From Nemertoderma westbladi (taxonomy: Eukaryota > Animalia > Xenacoelomorpha), in assembly GCA_032718475.1 (NCBI GenBank), contig JAUCBJ010009142.1, forward strand, positions 1 to 48,346: a stretch of DNA of 48,346 bases, written 5' to 3'. The notes under the pieces were generated by a model. It saw nothing but the letters and a program-made list of their open reading frames with translations, made no database searches and was not told the origin of the DNA. Positions 23,012-37,106 of this stretch are shown piece by piece (within the stretch, counting starts at the first letter, position 1; each line of letters begins with the position of its first letter). Position numbers and translations under genes: made by a program.

Positions 23012-26000
23012 CTAGATATTTGTCAGATTAGGGAAGTGGTCGTGGGAAGAGTATCTTGCTTCCATAGTTTCAGGACAGTTCTCGGTCTCTTTCCAGTAAA
23101 CATAAACGACCAACTGGGCGATTGAGTTGTTGTGTTTCGAATACAATTCCAGGTTTCTTCTTCGTCCTGGAATAGTGATGATGTAAACACCAAGTTTGGT
23201 TTTCGGTGAGGAGATCGATTGTATTTTCCTCATCGTATAGCTGGTTAATATCGTCGTTATCTGAGGAGTATGGTATTCACTCAGTTGTGGTTTCTCCCTC
23301 ACTGATTTCTTCTTCCCATTCACTCACCTGATGTATCTTTTCGTTAGGTAGTCTTTCCATGAGTGTTCTACGGGAAGGTCCAGTGAAGTACCAACCTACT
23401 CTCGTTCTTCCTGCATATGTTTGTAATGGTTGCGGTCGAGCAGGCAGTTTTTCTAATGTCTCTAGCGCCTCATGCGCATTTTGGCCGATCAATATCTGTA
23501 CCCCTGGGTAGTCTGGGATGTTGAATCTAGGGATATCATGCTGCTGGGTAAAATGATCTTCATCCCAGTTATAAGGTTAATGGCTGGCAGCAAAGTTCTT
23601 TATCGCCACCATTTTTACTGACCTTATGCTATGTTCTCCTAGTTCATCCTGGGGAGTGGACAACGCGCCTACATAGTAATCTGTAGCTACTGTGGATTTC
23701 CGAACCTGCATAATTCCTGAAAGGTTCAACTTAGTTCGGAACTTGGGTTGTCCAGCAAAGATGTCTTCGGCTAGTTCTTTGTCGATGAATGTACCCGTGC
23801 TGCCGGAGTCAAGGAGGGCGTTTACTATTAAACTTTTTCCTAGTCCGTGGACTCTCAGCTATACTACAGTGAATTCCCGGATTCCGACGTTGGAAGTCGG
23901 CGCTTTCCAAGATGTTTGCTGGTCCGGAATAGTCAGTCGAGGACCTTCTTCGCTCGTTTCAGTCTCATACGTAAGTGCTCAATACACTGCAGTGTTTATC
24001 ATATAACAGGATTCGTTTTCGTCGGAGAATTCGTCCGTGTAGAATCCTTCCATCTCAGAGCTGTGGTCAGTGTCGTTCACATCACTGAATTGGACATGTA
24101 GTTCGGGCTCACTTACCTGACTCGTCCGGGTTCGGTCAAACTCTGTGTGCAGTAAGATATGATGTTTCGCCCCGCACTTAGCACACCTAGCATCTTAGTA
24201 ACAGGTCCGCCGTTGGTGTCCTTGTCTGAGGCAATTATAACACAACCGCTTATCCCACATGACATCACGTCTATCCTTAAGGGATTTCTTCAAGAATTTA
24301 TCACACCCACTTAAGCGAATGTGCACAATGCACATTTGGGTTTGATATTACTTACTTTAACTTGTGTTGTGTTGTGCACACTTGTTCTTTCCTCGGGCTC
24401 ACTTCCATGAATTATCTTAGGAGACGTAGCAGGATTTGTTACCTGTTCTCTCATGTCACTGGTTATATATTCTATCTTCTGTTCTCTCCTGTCACTGGTT
24501 CGAGACTTAGATTTACTTACGTATTTCCTCAGTTTGTTGACATAATAAGATCTCTCAGTGTCTTTACCGCTGTTCTCATCGTAGGACGTCGTCTGACTCC
24601 CACAATCCGTATAACACACTGGTGTTACCTCTCTCCTAGAAATGGGTTTTTCACTCACCTTACTTTCCGGAGTTTTCTCTCTAGACTGTTTTAGGAGTTG
24701 TAATCTTACCTCTCTGTTTAAGAATGACAGAAGGTCCGTCATGGTTGGATCTCTATGTTGTTGGTCCATCAAATAGAGAACCTTTTTGTCCCAGCGAGTA
24801 CCTACTTCACCCTTTGGCAAAGTTGATGCTAAGGCTCCTACAACCATAGAATTCTGGTATTCATGAGACTTACCCAACTAGTCTAACTGTCTACAGATCT
24901 CCTGGATCTCATCGGAAAATTCTATACTCCCGCTGCTAAGAAACTTTCGGGGCGCCAATAATTTCGCATATAAATACCTAGCTATGTTAGTCCTATTACC
25001 ATACCTGATGTTTAGTGTGTCCCAAACTTGTCTTAATCCATCTGGATGTCCAATAAACTTTAACGCCATTAACTTGGGAGGTCCTTCCAAGCACTCGATG
25101 AGGAATCTCAGTTTCTCTCTGTGGGATAGTACAGAGTTCTGTATGTTATCTTTATAATATTCATTAAAAGGTAACATTTCATTTCATCTCCATTGAACTT
25201 GACGATCTCTCCCACCTTTACCGCTTGACGGGCTTCGGTTCTAGCCATTTGACGCGTAAAACTTTCTTGGGTCATCGTATTATTTAATATCGAGTTATCG
25301 GTATATAAATTTCTCGGATTAGGATCAGGACTATATGGAATATCATTATCAACAAGTATATAATTACCCTTAATAAGGTTCACTATGGGAGTTTCTACTT
25401 CACTAGTAGTATAGATGCGTGTAGGCTCCACACCTTGCGCATGAAATACTTCAGACCTAACAGGTTGACACATTGTTACAGGGGGTGGTGGTATACCCAA
25501 TTGTATATTTACTAATTTATCGCGTTCTAACGTGATACTCTGCTGCACTTCTTGCAACTCTAACCTACCCTCTCTTACTGTTCCCTTTAACTGCTGAACA
25601 GTTCCTTCCAACTCCCGGACCTGCTGGGAGGAACATATACGATGTTCCCTCAGCTGCCCGAGCAGGAGACCCATCTCCCGCCGTCCCTCATCCACCCACT
25701 CTACCGCCGAAGCGGAAGCCGCCAACATAGTAGCGGGTAGACGAGGGACGATGGGTGACAATCATTGATGTCTTGCTCGGCGTCCAGGACCGGGATTGAT
25801 TCAGGGGCTGTTCTACTGGGCACAGGTAGTTTAGTACTGTGCAAAGGGAATTTAGAGTTAGGTTCTGGAAGTACAGGGGTCTCTATCACAGAGGGGGGTG
25901 GCTTCGAGAACAGGCCTAATTATTTCAGGCTCATCTACTATAGTAGGGAGTCTTTCTTCCCTAATAATTTGGTCTGTAGGTGCAGGATTACTTAAATCTA

Positions 26001-27606
26001 CACTAGCTAGTTGCCTTCTCACTGCTGGAGGCAAATTAGGCAATTTCTGCTGGTGCAGCACCCTCCTACGTCCGCTGGAACGATATTTATTTCCTCTACC
26101 TTCAGGATCTGTTATATCTCCTTCATTAGAGGATGTAAATCCCTGTCTCTTGGGAGTAGATCGACTTAGCAGCTGCATCTGAGTAGCTGTTCTCTGTTTA
26201 TTTAAGTAATCTTGCTTCACTTGAAGATTTTCCAACTCTAGTTGGGCTGTCTCTTCAGATGCCTTCCATTCTGCTTCTACCACTGCCTCTGCCGCTTTTC
26301 TTTCAGCTTCTGCCGCTGCCGCTTTTCTTTCAACCTCTGCCGCTGCCGCCGATTTTCTATCAGCCTCTGCCGCTGCTGCTGCCACTGCCGCTTTTCTTTC
26401 AACTTCTGCCACTGCCGCTGTTGCTGCCTTTCTGTCTTCTATCCGTTTTTTCTTTAATTGTTCTTCCTGTTCCCTAGCGAGTAGGATGCTTTCATCAAAT
26501 TTAGCCTGCTCAGCGGCTAATATTTCCGCATCCAATTAGTCTAACACAAATTTGGCTCCCTCACTATTAGGGCAAAGACCAGCTAGCCGTCTCCTTAGCT
26601 CTTTGTCTCCTATAAATCGTTGATAGTCCGACAGATAGATGTCAATAGCATCCTTCTTCTGAGGTTTCTCAGATATAGCTTTGCTTTCCACCTGAGAAAA
26701 GGTAGTGTCTGTTGATTCTCCGTGGGTCATGCGCTCGGTTAGCTGAGCTTTCCATTGTGTCGTTCCCTGGGCTTTAAGACTCACCCGTTGGAACCAAGTT
26801 TTTACGGCCACTTGCAACGACATGTCTTGGCTTCTCTTCGAAACTTCTTCAAAGGCCGAAAGGATTAGTCTGATCCGTAAGATTCGTTCTCGAACTTGAT
26901 AAAGCAGCTCTCCCTGCTCTTGAGGTCCTTGTCTTTGTTGGAATAGGTGTTCCTCTAAGCGCTCCAAAGAGCTGAAGAATCCCTGGACATATCCTGCTGC
27001 CGACCTCTTCCACACAGCTGGATCTCGAGTGTCCTTTACTACTCCCATCCTGTATAAGTCCTCCCAGGCAGCTTCCGATAAGTTAAACGGGAGTCCGGGT
27101 CCAGGGAAGTTCCATTGTGTCTCGACAATAGACTTCAGTTCCTCCATCGTGTATCCCGCATAACTGTCCTTAGTCGATCGCTTACCTCTCGCCCAATCGA
27201 TTTGATGTTCTTCCACAGCGATCAGCACTCTAGTGAGTACGGCTCCGGGAAGAATTAGAAGGGGATCTGGATAAACCGCTTCTGTCATCCTTGCTCCGAT
27301 CTCTGGTATCAACTCTACAGTGTCTGAACTACTGGAGTTATCGGGCTGTTGAGAAATAAGTTCTCGGTTCTGGCACTGCTGCTGTTTAACAGCTGCCTCT
27401 TGGTCCCGCTTGACTTGAGCCCTATTGCCTATAATAGACCTATGGTGCTTTACTAGCCTAGGGTCTGACACTACTACTGTAGGGATGAACTTTCTTACAG
27501 TAGGAGGGGACTTGGACTTTGGTCTCAGATGTTCTATACTTCTATCTGATTCGCAGACTGTTCTTTCTAGGAGACTATCTGACAGTGTTTGTTTTATGTC
27601 AGCCAT
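23012..27606 (-). pseudogene. BEL gag-protease of element 2
   Basis: ATG at 27606; KFNGD, KLRFLIECLEGPP, LNIRYGN, knuckles CYNCLRQGHQRRTC and CAKCGAKHHILLH (~24150-24250), protease NALLDSGSTGTFI (~23790-23830), RTRVGWYFTGP; multiple stops. Confidence 0.88.
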
Positions 27607-27739
27607 GTTTGATTGTACAGTTGAATGCCTACTACTATAACGACAGTTAAAGCAAGTCTAGTAATTCAGTATCCACTGTAAGCCTAGTAATTAATTACCG
27701 ATACCGTTACTCAGTGTAACGTGATATATATATAATATT

Positions 27740-27990
27740 AAAATACCGGTATACACTTATAGTATATATATAAGTATTATTACAGACTAGGATTAGTCAC
27801 AGAATACCGGTATATAATTTCAGCCTAAATTTATATAAATAAACATAATAAGCCTACCGTAAATACCGGTATATACCTATAGTATATATAAGTATTATTA
27901 TAAACTAGGATTAGTCACAGAATAACGGTATATAATTTCAGCCTAAATTTATATAAATAAATATAATAAGCCTACCGTAAATACCAGTAA
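27740..27990. repeat. ~120-bp tandem duplication in the 5' leader of element 2
   Basis: AAATACCGGTATA...CTAGGATTAGTCACAGAATA...GCCTACCGT occurs twice. Confidence 0.85.
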
Positions 27991-29496
27991 TGTCAATTAT
28001 TTTATAATAACTGAATTTCTGAATTTTAGGGTTACTTCCCTTTACTTTATTACTGTTATTAAGCAGTAGTTCAACTGATATTAAGACCTAATTGATGTAT
28101 AACAGGCCTACTATTTTATAAATCGGTTTGAATTGATTTATAATATATATATATACCCGTACAATGGGTTTTTGACAATATTTGAAATAAATGTTATTAT
28201 TTCTGGATAAGGAGTCACTACACAGAAGCTGAACGCTCTCAGTGGAGTGCTACTTTTTAGACACTAATTAGGATAATTCTACTTTACTAAGTTACTTATC
28301 ACTACAAATTACTTACAATTACAGTTTGAGATTACAATCTCTAAATAAACACTAAAAAGTTACACATACAATTTTTAGGGTAATTTTACAAGAAATCTAC
28401 AAACCAGTCTAACAAGGAGTTAGAATTTCTGGTTCTTACAAACTGACAGGAACTACGGTATTTGAAAACAATAAAGCAGTAGTAAGTAAACTGTGTTGTC
28501 CAGATAAGAAAATACCACCGTCTGACGACTTATAGTCTTAGCTCTATAAGTACTACGTTATGTACCCGGAGTGTCCTTACCTAGAAGTTAATTACCGCAG
28601 CCAACCAGAGCTAATGTGCCTATTAACCACTTTACAACACAAATATACTGCCTACACACTAAATTACTTTCGGAAAGTACTGTACTCTAAACCCTAAATT
28701 AGGTACAAGTACTTATACAACAAATAACCAGCAGTTAAATATACTTGTACAGCCAAAAGAAACACGGTATCTGCTGGAGTGACCGGAGCACAAAATCACC
28801 AGTCTTTACCTACACCAAGCAGCCCTGATGTAGTACCGGGGTTAATTTAACTATAACGGTATGTATAACAAGCACAATTACTGTAGGAATAAACTTGGGG
28901 AATTGGAGGTTGCGAATACTCGCATAGACTCTGAATAATAAATATTACGCTACCCGTGCAGACTATACAAACAAAATACAGACCAAATGCTGGCAGACTA
29001 CTGTCAAGCCTAAATAAACTACAGTATATGCAGACTCCGAAATGGTTAGTTAGTAGGCATTCTAACCGAGTAGTACAACTTATTCTTTCGGGGGGATTTA
29101 CCTTACAACTCTGGATGCCCCCACCTTCCTAACTATCACTTTATCGGACAGACACTCTACACACACTGCATTCGCTTCAGACCTAACAACAGCCAGACAA
29201 CAATCCGGCCTACAAGTTATCTATACAATCTGAGCAGGCTTACACGCCTTCTGCTCAATATTACCCTTACAGATAAATAAAACTGACAGAAATAAATAAA
29301 CCATACAAAGGAATAAGGGGTGATCAATCTCTAATCCCCTAACAGCCTACAATATACAATATATCTCAATCAAAATAATACTGAGTATCGGTAAGTAACG
29401 GTTCGGGTGGTTAGGTAGTTAGGCCTACAGTTTTCCGTTCGACCAGTACATTCGAATTTATTACCTACGTGCAATCAAGAGTTTAAAAACTATGAA

Positions 29497-30661
29497 TGTT
29501 TGCGCTTTTAGACCTTTAGCAGTTTAACCTGCCAATTTTAGTTGTCTTTTTGTTTATAAATCGACTTTAGGCTACAACAATTATTTAGTGTACTGAAGTT
29601 ACATCCGCCAAAGCCAGTCTGTGCGTGATCATTCACCCACAGTTAAGGGAGACTGGATTCGGATTCTTTGATAGTGATTGCGGTGTAGACCTACTGTATT
29701 ATTCGATTGATCGTTACTATATAATCTCTGGCAATATATTTATTTTCGGGGAAATATTAACAGTTCCTTTAGGACGTGGTGCTTTAAGTATAAAAACAGA
29801 GTTATGACTTATACTATTCACAACTAGATGGCTAATGAGTTTCGTAAAAAGCGCATTCTTTAGGAGATTCTTTATTAACCTTCACACTACTTCACACGAC
29901 TTCACACTACTTCACACTACTTCACACTGATCTGCCTACCGTCACTGAATTTGATCATATATAAGGAGGATCGCAACTGACACATGTAGGGATTATGAAA
30001 TAGCATTTAATTCACACAAAAACCACTATAATGTAAGTCGCAGTTGCTACCGGTAACCTGTTCCTCTCACCTTCAGTAATCAAGACGATTGGGGGTTTTA
30101 TAATTATTCATCGGTATTCTCCAAATATATCAGCAATATACAACTAACATAACACCAATTAGTAACAGAAGCAAATAAGGCGGTGAACAGTCAGTATGTG
30201 TTACTTATGCAGGGTTCCATGTGCAGCAATGTTGAATGTGTAGAATGACAGGCAATGTTTCAGATATGAAGTATGATTCAGCAATGTTTCAGTTAATAGT
30301 TTTACGTTCTTGTAATCAAAGCCATCAGATGCTCTAGGCCAAAGTCTGAAACTTCTACAACAGAAGTACAGAAGAATTCCAAGCTGGTTCTCTCTGGCTC
30401 AAAAAGGTAAACAAAGACCGTAATGCATTGCGCGGGTTTCCGTAGGCCCTTGTCCAACAAAAGGAAAATCGCTCCGATTGGCTGAGCAGAACAAAGAGGC
30501 TCCACGTTTACAGTAAATCAGCTGACAGATTTCGTCATCTGAGCTCCAGTCTTTTAGAGTATTATGCGCATTGCGTCAAAAGTGACTTGTTATGTCCGCC
30601 AAAGCACTTACACTGCGCATGGCGGGGAAAAATGACTTGTTATGTCCGCAAAGCTTTTACA
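29497..30661 (-). repeat. 5' LTR of element 2 (1165 bp)
   Basis: Direct repeat of 17989-19152. Confidence 0.95.
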
Positions 30662-32265
30662 GTTGTTTAGAAGAAATTTTGTTTTTTATTGAAGTGAATT
30701 AATTGGTACCGCTCAGAAAAGTAGTTTTTGAAAAGATTTAGTCCCCCGGATTCCGTAGGTTTCTAACTTTTTGATGATATTGCGATGAGATATTGTGGTT
30801 AACTGTATCAAACGCTTTTTTTAGGTCCATATAGATCACACAGGCGAATGATTTTGAGTCGATAATTTCTCGTATTTTCTCTGTCTGGAAAGGATTGCAT
30901 GAGAAGGGGATAATTTTTTTCTGAAGCCATATTGATGTGTGTACAGAATGTCGAATTTTTTAAGATAATTTAGTAGTTGGTCATTAATAATTTTTTCATA
31001 TATTTTACTGAACATTGGAAGTACAGAGATTGGACGTTAGTTAGATGGTTCCAGTGGGTCATCACTTTTGTAAACTGGTGTAATACGAGCAATTTTTAAC
31101 ATGTCTGGGAAAGTTCCTTGTTGAAAATTTGAGTTAATTATTGGAGCTAAGTGTACAAACAGTATTTCGGAGCCAATTTTTAATAATTTACAAGGGAATT
31201 TGTCATTGAAGGAAGAATTTTCATTTAACAGTAATATGTGGTATTGGACTTCCACGGTGGTCACATTAACGAGGAAGGAAATGAACGAGATTTTAAAAAG
31301 CTGGTTCGACGAGTTTTAGCAGCAGGGATAGTGGCATCCAGTTTAGGGCCAATTTTCTAGAAAAAATTATTAAATCCTTCGGCAATAAGATAGGGGTCAG
31401 TGATGCTTTGTGCTCTTCTGAAAAAATACCTTTTGGACTTTGTTTATTTTTATTTTTAGATATAACTGAGTTGATCATTTTCCACGTTTTTTTCATGTTA
31501 GTCCCACACTTTTCAAATTCACTTGAGTAGTATGATTTTTCAGCCTTACGTAAAATATTTAGTAATTTGTTACGATAACAACGGTATATAGTATGATTTG
31601 ATGGTGTATGCTTTTTTATACATTTAATATAGAGGATGGGTTAGAGAAATTTTTTTGTTTTATTGACGTCAGAATAGAATTTGTTATCCATGGCTTATGT
31701 GCAATTTTCGGCTTGTAAGTTTCGTCTCGGCAAGGTAGGTTTTTTGAACATNNNNNNNNNNNNNNNNNNNNNNNNNNNNNNNNNNNNNNNNNNNNNNNNN
31801 NNNNNNNNNNNNNNNNNNNNNNNNNNNNNNNNNNNNNNNNNNNNNNNNNNNATTTTTTTGTTTTATTGACGTCAGAATAGAATTTGTTATCCATGGCTTA
31901 TGTGCAATTTTCGGCTTGTAAGTTTCGTCTCGGCAAGGTAGGTTTTTTGAACATATAGATTAGAAATTGTCATAAATGATGATAAGTTGAAGGGTTCAGT
32001 AGATGGTTAGGTATGGCCAGTTGTCAGAATGTTTTAAGTCGGAAATAAATTTGTTTTTATTAAATTTTGACCAGTCGAAAGCACGTTTTGTTTCTTCTTC
32101 AAAATAATTTTTGGTATTTTCAAACGCACAGAAAATTGGGAGATGGTCGGTTGTACCTACGTCAATTTAACAATTTCCACTGTGTACTATTTGAATATTA
32201 ATATTCGTTATAACATGATCTATTGAAGTTTTTGAATTTTTAAATATTCTGGTTGGTTCTTTAAT
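30662..32265 (-). mobile_element. CR1/L2-type LINE ORF2 (endonuclease C-terminus, linker, RT N-terminus), decayed
   Basis: EPTRIF..IDHV, TDHLPI, KPWIT, KKTWKMIN, GTFPDMLKIARITPVYKSDD, RPISVL, HQYGF, MDLKKAFDTVNH. Confidence 0.9.
31752..31851. other. Assembly gap (100 N) with duplicated flanks
   Basis: 31649-31751 is repeated at 31852-31954. Confidence 0.95.
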
Positions 32266-32279
32266 AAAAATATAATATC

Positions 32280-33040
32280 GAATGACTCATAAATAACATC
32301 ACATAAATACAAACTCTTTTAGTTACAGTTGGTAGGTAATAGAATCCATTGATAAATCGATACTTGGTATGTTGGGGACTAAATTGGATTTAGTGGAAGG
32401 CTGAGCTGGGATCGGATGTAGTTGGCTCTAGAGGAGTAGGATTTCGTTGAGGTCTGCCTTGGCTGGTAGGGTACCAAGCACGGTGGTGGCGTTTCCCCGG
32501 ACAATGCCATCGACAACCTCTGAAAGAGAAATAAGGTCGCCCTTGGTTCGGCGGATTTTAGCGAGATGCGGCGGCCGATCTCTCAAAGGATTTGTGTTCC
32601 TTCGCTACCGATAGCACCTAGGGTCTCGACAGCAATGGTGGTGAAGTGGTAGTTGTGCTTGAGCTCGGCATATTTTCTTAATTTAGCTGATTCGGCAGAT
32701 GCAGCGGCGGCACCTGCTGGGGAGGAAGTGCCTGGAAGGTGGGACGCAGCCAGGGTGTCCCTACATGTGAAGTCCCACACAAGAGGTTTTCCTGTGGCGC
32801 ATGGTGCAAGAGTCATTCAGTCAGGCACCTTACCATCATGGGATAGACCTCGCGGCTCAAGGGTAGAAACAACTCCTGTAGAGGTTAGGGCAAGAAGGAT
32901 TATATCATTGGCCTCTGCGTGGCGGGTGAATTTCCCATAATTGTGGATACACGAGAGGCTATGGGTGGCCCATCTGTCTACTAGACCGCCACAACCACGG
33001 CAGTTATGCTTGATGCTGATAGGGGCTCCAAGACGAATCA
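32280..33040 (-). mobile_element. 3' fragment of a CRE-like LINE with restriction-like endonuclease
   Basis: RLGAPI, CRGCG..H..SC, RH..NDI, EP.GL..DGKVPD, WDFTCRDT, KLRKY, AVETLG, LFQRLS. Confidence 0.8.
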
Positions 33041-33230
33041 GGTCAATAAATGCATCCAATTATAAAGGGTTTTGAATTTGGTCTTGGTTGTACTTCTATC
33101 CATATATTTTCGATATCGGGAATTTTTAAAATCTTTCCTTGGACGAGTGTCTATTCTTTCTTTTACATAAATGGCAACACATCCTCTAGCTGTTTTTGAT
33201 GATTCACGGTGATCGAAAAATGGTTCATTA
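33041..33230 (-). mobile_element. APE endonuclease segment of the CR1/L2 LINE; continues in spacer 35768-35835
   Basis: RGCVAIYVK and IIGCIY. Joining 35768 to 33230 restores SETFSKNDSRLQLLNIPGYNEPFFDHR in frame. Confidence 0.85.
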
Positions 33231-36200
33231 TCCACGAAGCTAAGGAAAATCAACTACTTTCGCTAAGAAAGATTTTCCTTAGCTGAGATGGTCTATTCAT
33301 AGTGGGCTATTTTACTTGTATGGGGCAGATTTGGGGTTTTTTGGTCGTGGAAAAAACTAGCCTTTAAAAGTACCCTGAAATTTTGCATGTATGTACTACT
33401 CATCGAGGCGCGTCGTGTGGGATGGGTCTCATATTCAGGAAAAATCTGGTTTCCATGGCAACGGACTTAGAAAAAAGTCTATGTATTTCAAGTCAATATT
33501 TATAACTCTATTTGTAGGAAAACTATAATACATATAAACTTGGGATTTCTCAACTCAACTATAAGGTCCATAGCAGAGCCGATTGAGGTTAAATAGAAAT
33601 TCCAGTTACCTTGGCAACCGGGCTAAACAGATGTTAAAATTTATAAAATGTTAATTTGAAGCCTAAGGTTAATGTGTTATGTCTTGGGACCAACCCCTAC
33701 CCCCACTATATGACTTATTCTGCGTCCGAATTTCATTGTTTAATTTTGCAGTTACCATGACAACCGCTGAAAACAGATGTTTTTATACAAAAATAACTCA
33801 TTTGGACATAGACTTCGCGATAAAATTTTACGAAATTGGATATGTGTTATCTGGACCACTAGTTGAAACTTTTAGTAAAACCTAAAACATTCCATAAATA
33901 TCTTGTTACCATGGTAACTGGAGTTTATTAAAGTCGATATCATTCAAGTCTAAATTCAATACACTATTTGCAGCAAAATAATGTAATAAATATAAATTTG
34001 AGGTTTTGCAAGTCATCTGTAAGGTCCATATACAATCCATTCGAGGTTAATTACACAATCCAATTACCATAGCAACAAGACTAAACAGATGTTAAAATTT
34101 CTAAAATGATAATTTGAAACACAAGTTAATAGTATTATGACTTGGGACCAACACCTACCCCCATTATATGACTTATTCTGCATCCGAATTACATTGTTCT
34201 ATTTTTCAGTTTCCATGACAACCACTGCAAACAGATGCATTATGATAGAAAATCGGTAATTTGGACATAAACTACAATATTTTCTGAAACTTGGTATGTC
34301 CACGAAGCTAAGGAAAATCAACTACTTTCGCTAAGAAAGATTTTCCTTAGCTGAGATGGTCTATTCATAGTGGGCTATTTTACTTGTATGGAGCAGATTT
34401 GGGGTTTTTTGACCGGTGAAAAAACTAGCCTTTAAAAGTACCCTGAAATTTTGCATGTATATACTACTCGACAAGGCGCATCTTTTGGGCCGGGTCTCAT
34501 ATCCAGGAAAAATCTGGTTTCCATGGCAACGGACTTCAAAAAAAGTCTATGTATTTCAAGTCAATATTTATAACTCTATTTGTAGGAAAACTATAATAGA
34601 TATAAACTTGGGGTTTCGCAACACAACTATAAGGTCCATAGCAGATCCGATTGAGGCTAAATAGAAAATCCAGTTACCTTGGCAACCGGGATAAACAGAT
34701 GTTAAAATTTATAAAATGTTAATTTGAGGCCTAAGGGCAAGGTGTTATGACTTGGGACCAACCCCTACCCCCACTATATAACTTATTCTGCATCTGAATT
34801 ACATTGTTCTATTTTTCAATTACCATGACAACCGCTGAAAACAGATGTTTTTATTCAAAACTTATTCATTTGGACATAGACTTCACGATAAAATTTTACA
34901 AAACTGGGTATGTGTTATCTGGACCACTAGTTGGAACTTTTAGTGAAACTTAAATTATTCCAGAAATTTAGTTACCATGGTAACTGTAGTTTATTAAACT
35001 CTATATCATTCAAATCTATATTGATAACTCTATTTGTAGCAAAACTGTAATATATATAAACTTGGGGTTTTGCAACTCATCTATAAGATCCATATCCAAG
35101 CCGTTTAAGGTTAATTAGAAAATACAGTTACCATAGCAACAAGTCTAAACAGATGTTAAAATATATAAAATGATAATTTGAAGCACAAGTTAATAGTATT
35201 ATGACTTGGGACTAACCCCTACCCCCACTATATGACTTATTCTGCATCCGAATTACATTGTTATATTTTCCAGTTTCCATGACAACCACTGCAAACAGAT
35301 GCATTTTGATAGAAAATTGGTAATTGGGACATAAACTACAATATTTTCTGAAACTCAGTATATGTGTTATCTGAACCACAATCTCTACTGAACTTTTTTC
35401 AAAGGTTAAAGCAACAGTTCCAGAGAACTCTAGTTTCCATGAGAATAGAAGTTAATTATTGACAATTGCTACTTAATGAGGCTAAGCAACGAACCAAAGT
35501 GTGGCCGTTTGTTTAATTTTCCTTATCTTCGTGGTTGCATTTCCTTTAGGAAATGCCTTTCTCGTAGATTATCTGAACCACAATCTGGACTGAATCTTTT
35601 TTCAAAGGTAAAACCAACAGTTCCAGAGAACTCTAGTTTCCATGGGAATATAAGTTATTTATTGGCAAATGCTACTAAACTAGGCTAAGCAACAAACCAA
35701 ATTATGGCCCTTTGTTTAATTTTCCTTAGCTTCGTGGTTGCATTTCCTTTAGGGAATGCCTTTCTAATAGCCAGGAATGTTTAGCAATTGTAGGCGTGAA
35801 TCGTTTTTGGAAAATGTTTCAGAAAATCGAGTATATCCACGAAGCTAAGGAAAATCAACTACTTTCGCTAAGAAAGATTTTCCTTAGCTGAGATGGTCTA
35901 TTCATAGTGGGCTATTTTACTTGTGTGGGGCAGATTTAGTGTTTTTTGGTCGGGGAAAAAACTAGCCTTTAAAAGTACCCTGAAATTTTGCATGTATATA
36001 CAACTCATCAAGGCGCGTCGTGTGGGATGGGTCTCATATTCAGGAAAAATCTGGTTTCCATGGCAACGGACTTAGAAAAAAGTCTATGTATTTCAAGTCA
36101 ATATTTGTAACTCTATTTGTAGGAAAACTATAATACATATAAACTTGGGGTTTTTCAACACAACTATAAGGTCCATAGCAGAGCCGATTGAGGTTAAATA

Positions 36201-37106
36201 GAAAATCCAGTTACCTTGGCAACCGGGCTAAACAGATGTTAAAATTTTTAAAATGTTAATTTGAAGCCTAAGGTTAAGGTGTGATGACTTGGGACCAATC
36301 CCTACCCCCACTATATAACTTATTCTGCGTCCGAATTTGATTGTTCTATTTTGCAGTTACCTTGACAACCGCTGAAAACAGATGTTTTTATACGAAAATT
36401 ATTCATTTGTACATAGACTTCACGATAAAATTTTACGAAACTAGGTATGTGTTATCTGGACCACTAGTTGGAACTTTTAGTGAAACTCAAAACATTCCAG
36501 AAATATCTAGTTACCATGGTAACTGTAGTTTTTTTAAAGTTATATATCATTCAAGTCTATAATCATAACTCTATTTGGAGAAAAACTGTAATATATATAA
36601 ACTTGGGGTTTTGCAACTCATCTATAAGGTCCATATACAAGCCGTTCGAAGTTAATTAGAAAATCCATTTACCATAGCAACAAGAGTAAACAGATGTTAA
36701 AATTAATAAAATGATAATTTGAAGCACAATTTAATAGTATTATGACTTGGGACCAACACCTACCCCCACTATATGACTTATTCTGCATCCGAATTACATT
36801 GTTCTATTTTTCAGTTTCCATGACAACCACTGCAAACAGATGCATTTTGATAGAAAATCTGTAATTTGGACATAAACTACAATATTTTCTGAAACTCGAT
36901 GTGTTATCTGAAAAACAATCTGGACTGAATCTTTTTTCAAAGGTAAAACCAACAGTTCCAGAGAACTCTAGTTTCCATGGGAATAGAAGTTATTTATTGG
37001 CAAATGCTACTAAACTAGGCTAAGCAACGAACCAAATTGTGGCCGTTTGTTTAATTTTCCTTAGCTTCGTGGTTGCATTTCCTTTAGGAAATGCCTTTCT
37101 AGTTAT

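Larger units (their letters stand above)
17989..30661 (-). mobile_element. Non-autonomous BEL/Pao LTR element, 12.7 kb, both LTRs present
   Basis: LTRs 17989-19152 and 29497-30661 with TG...CA ends; TSD GTTGT at 17984-17988 and 30662-30666; BEL-type gag and protease; LINE sequence resumes on both sides. Confidence 0.93.

Noticed and set aside
31649-31954. 103-bp direct repeat around the N run as a TSD or real duplication
   Set aside because: Typical unmerged contig overlap at a 100-N gap.
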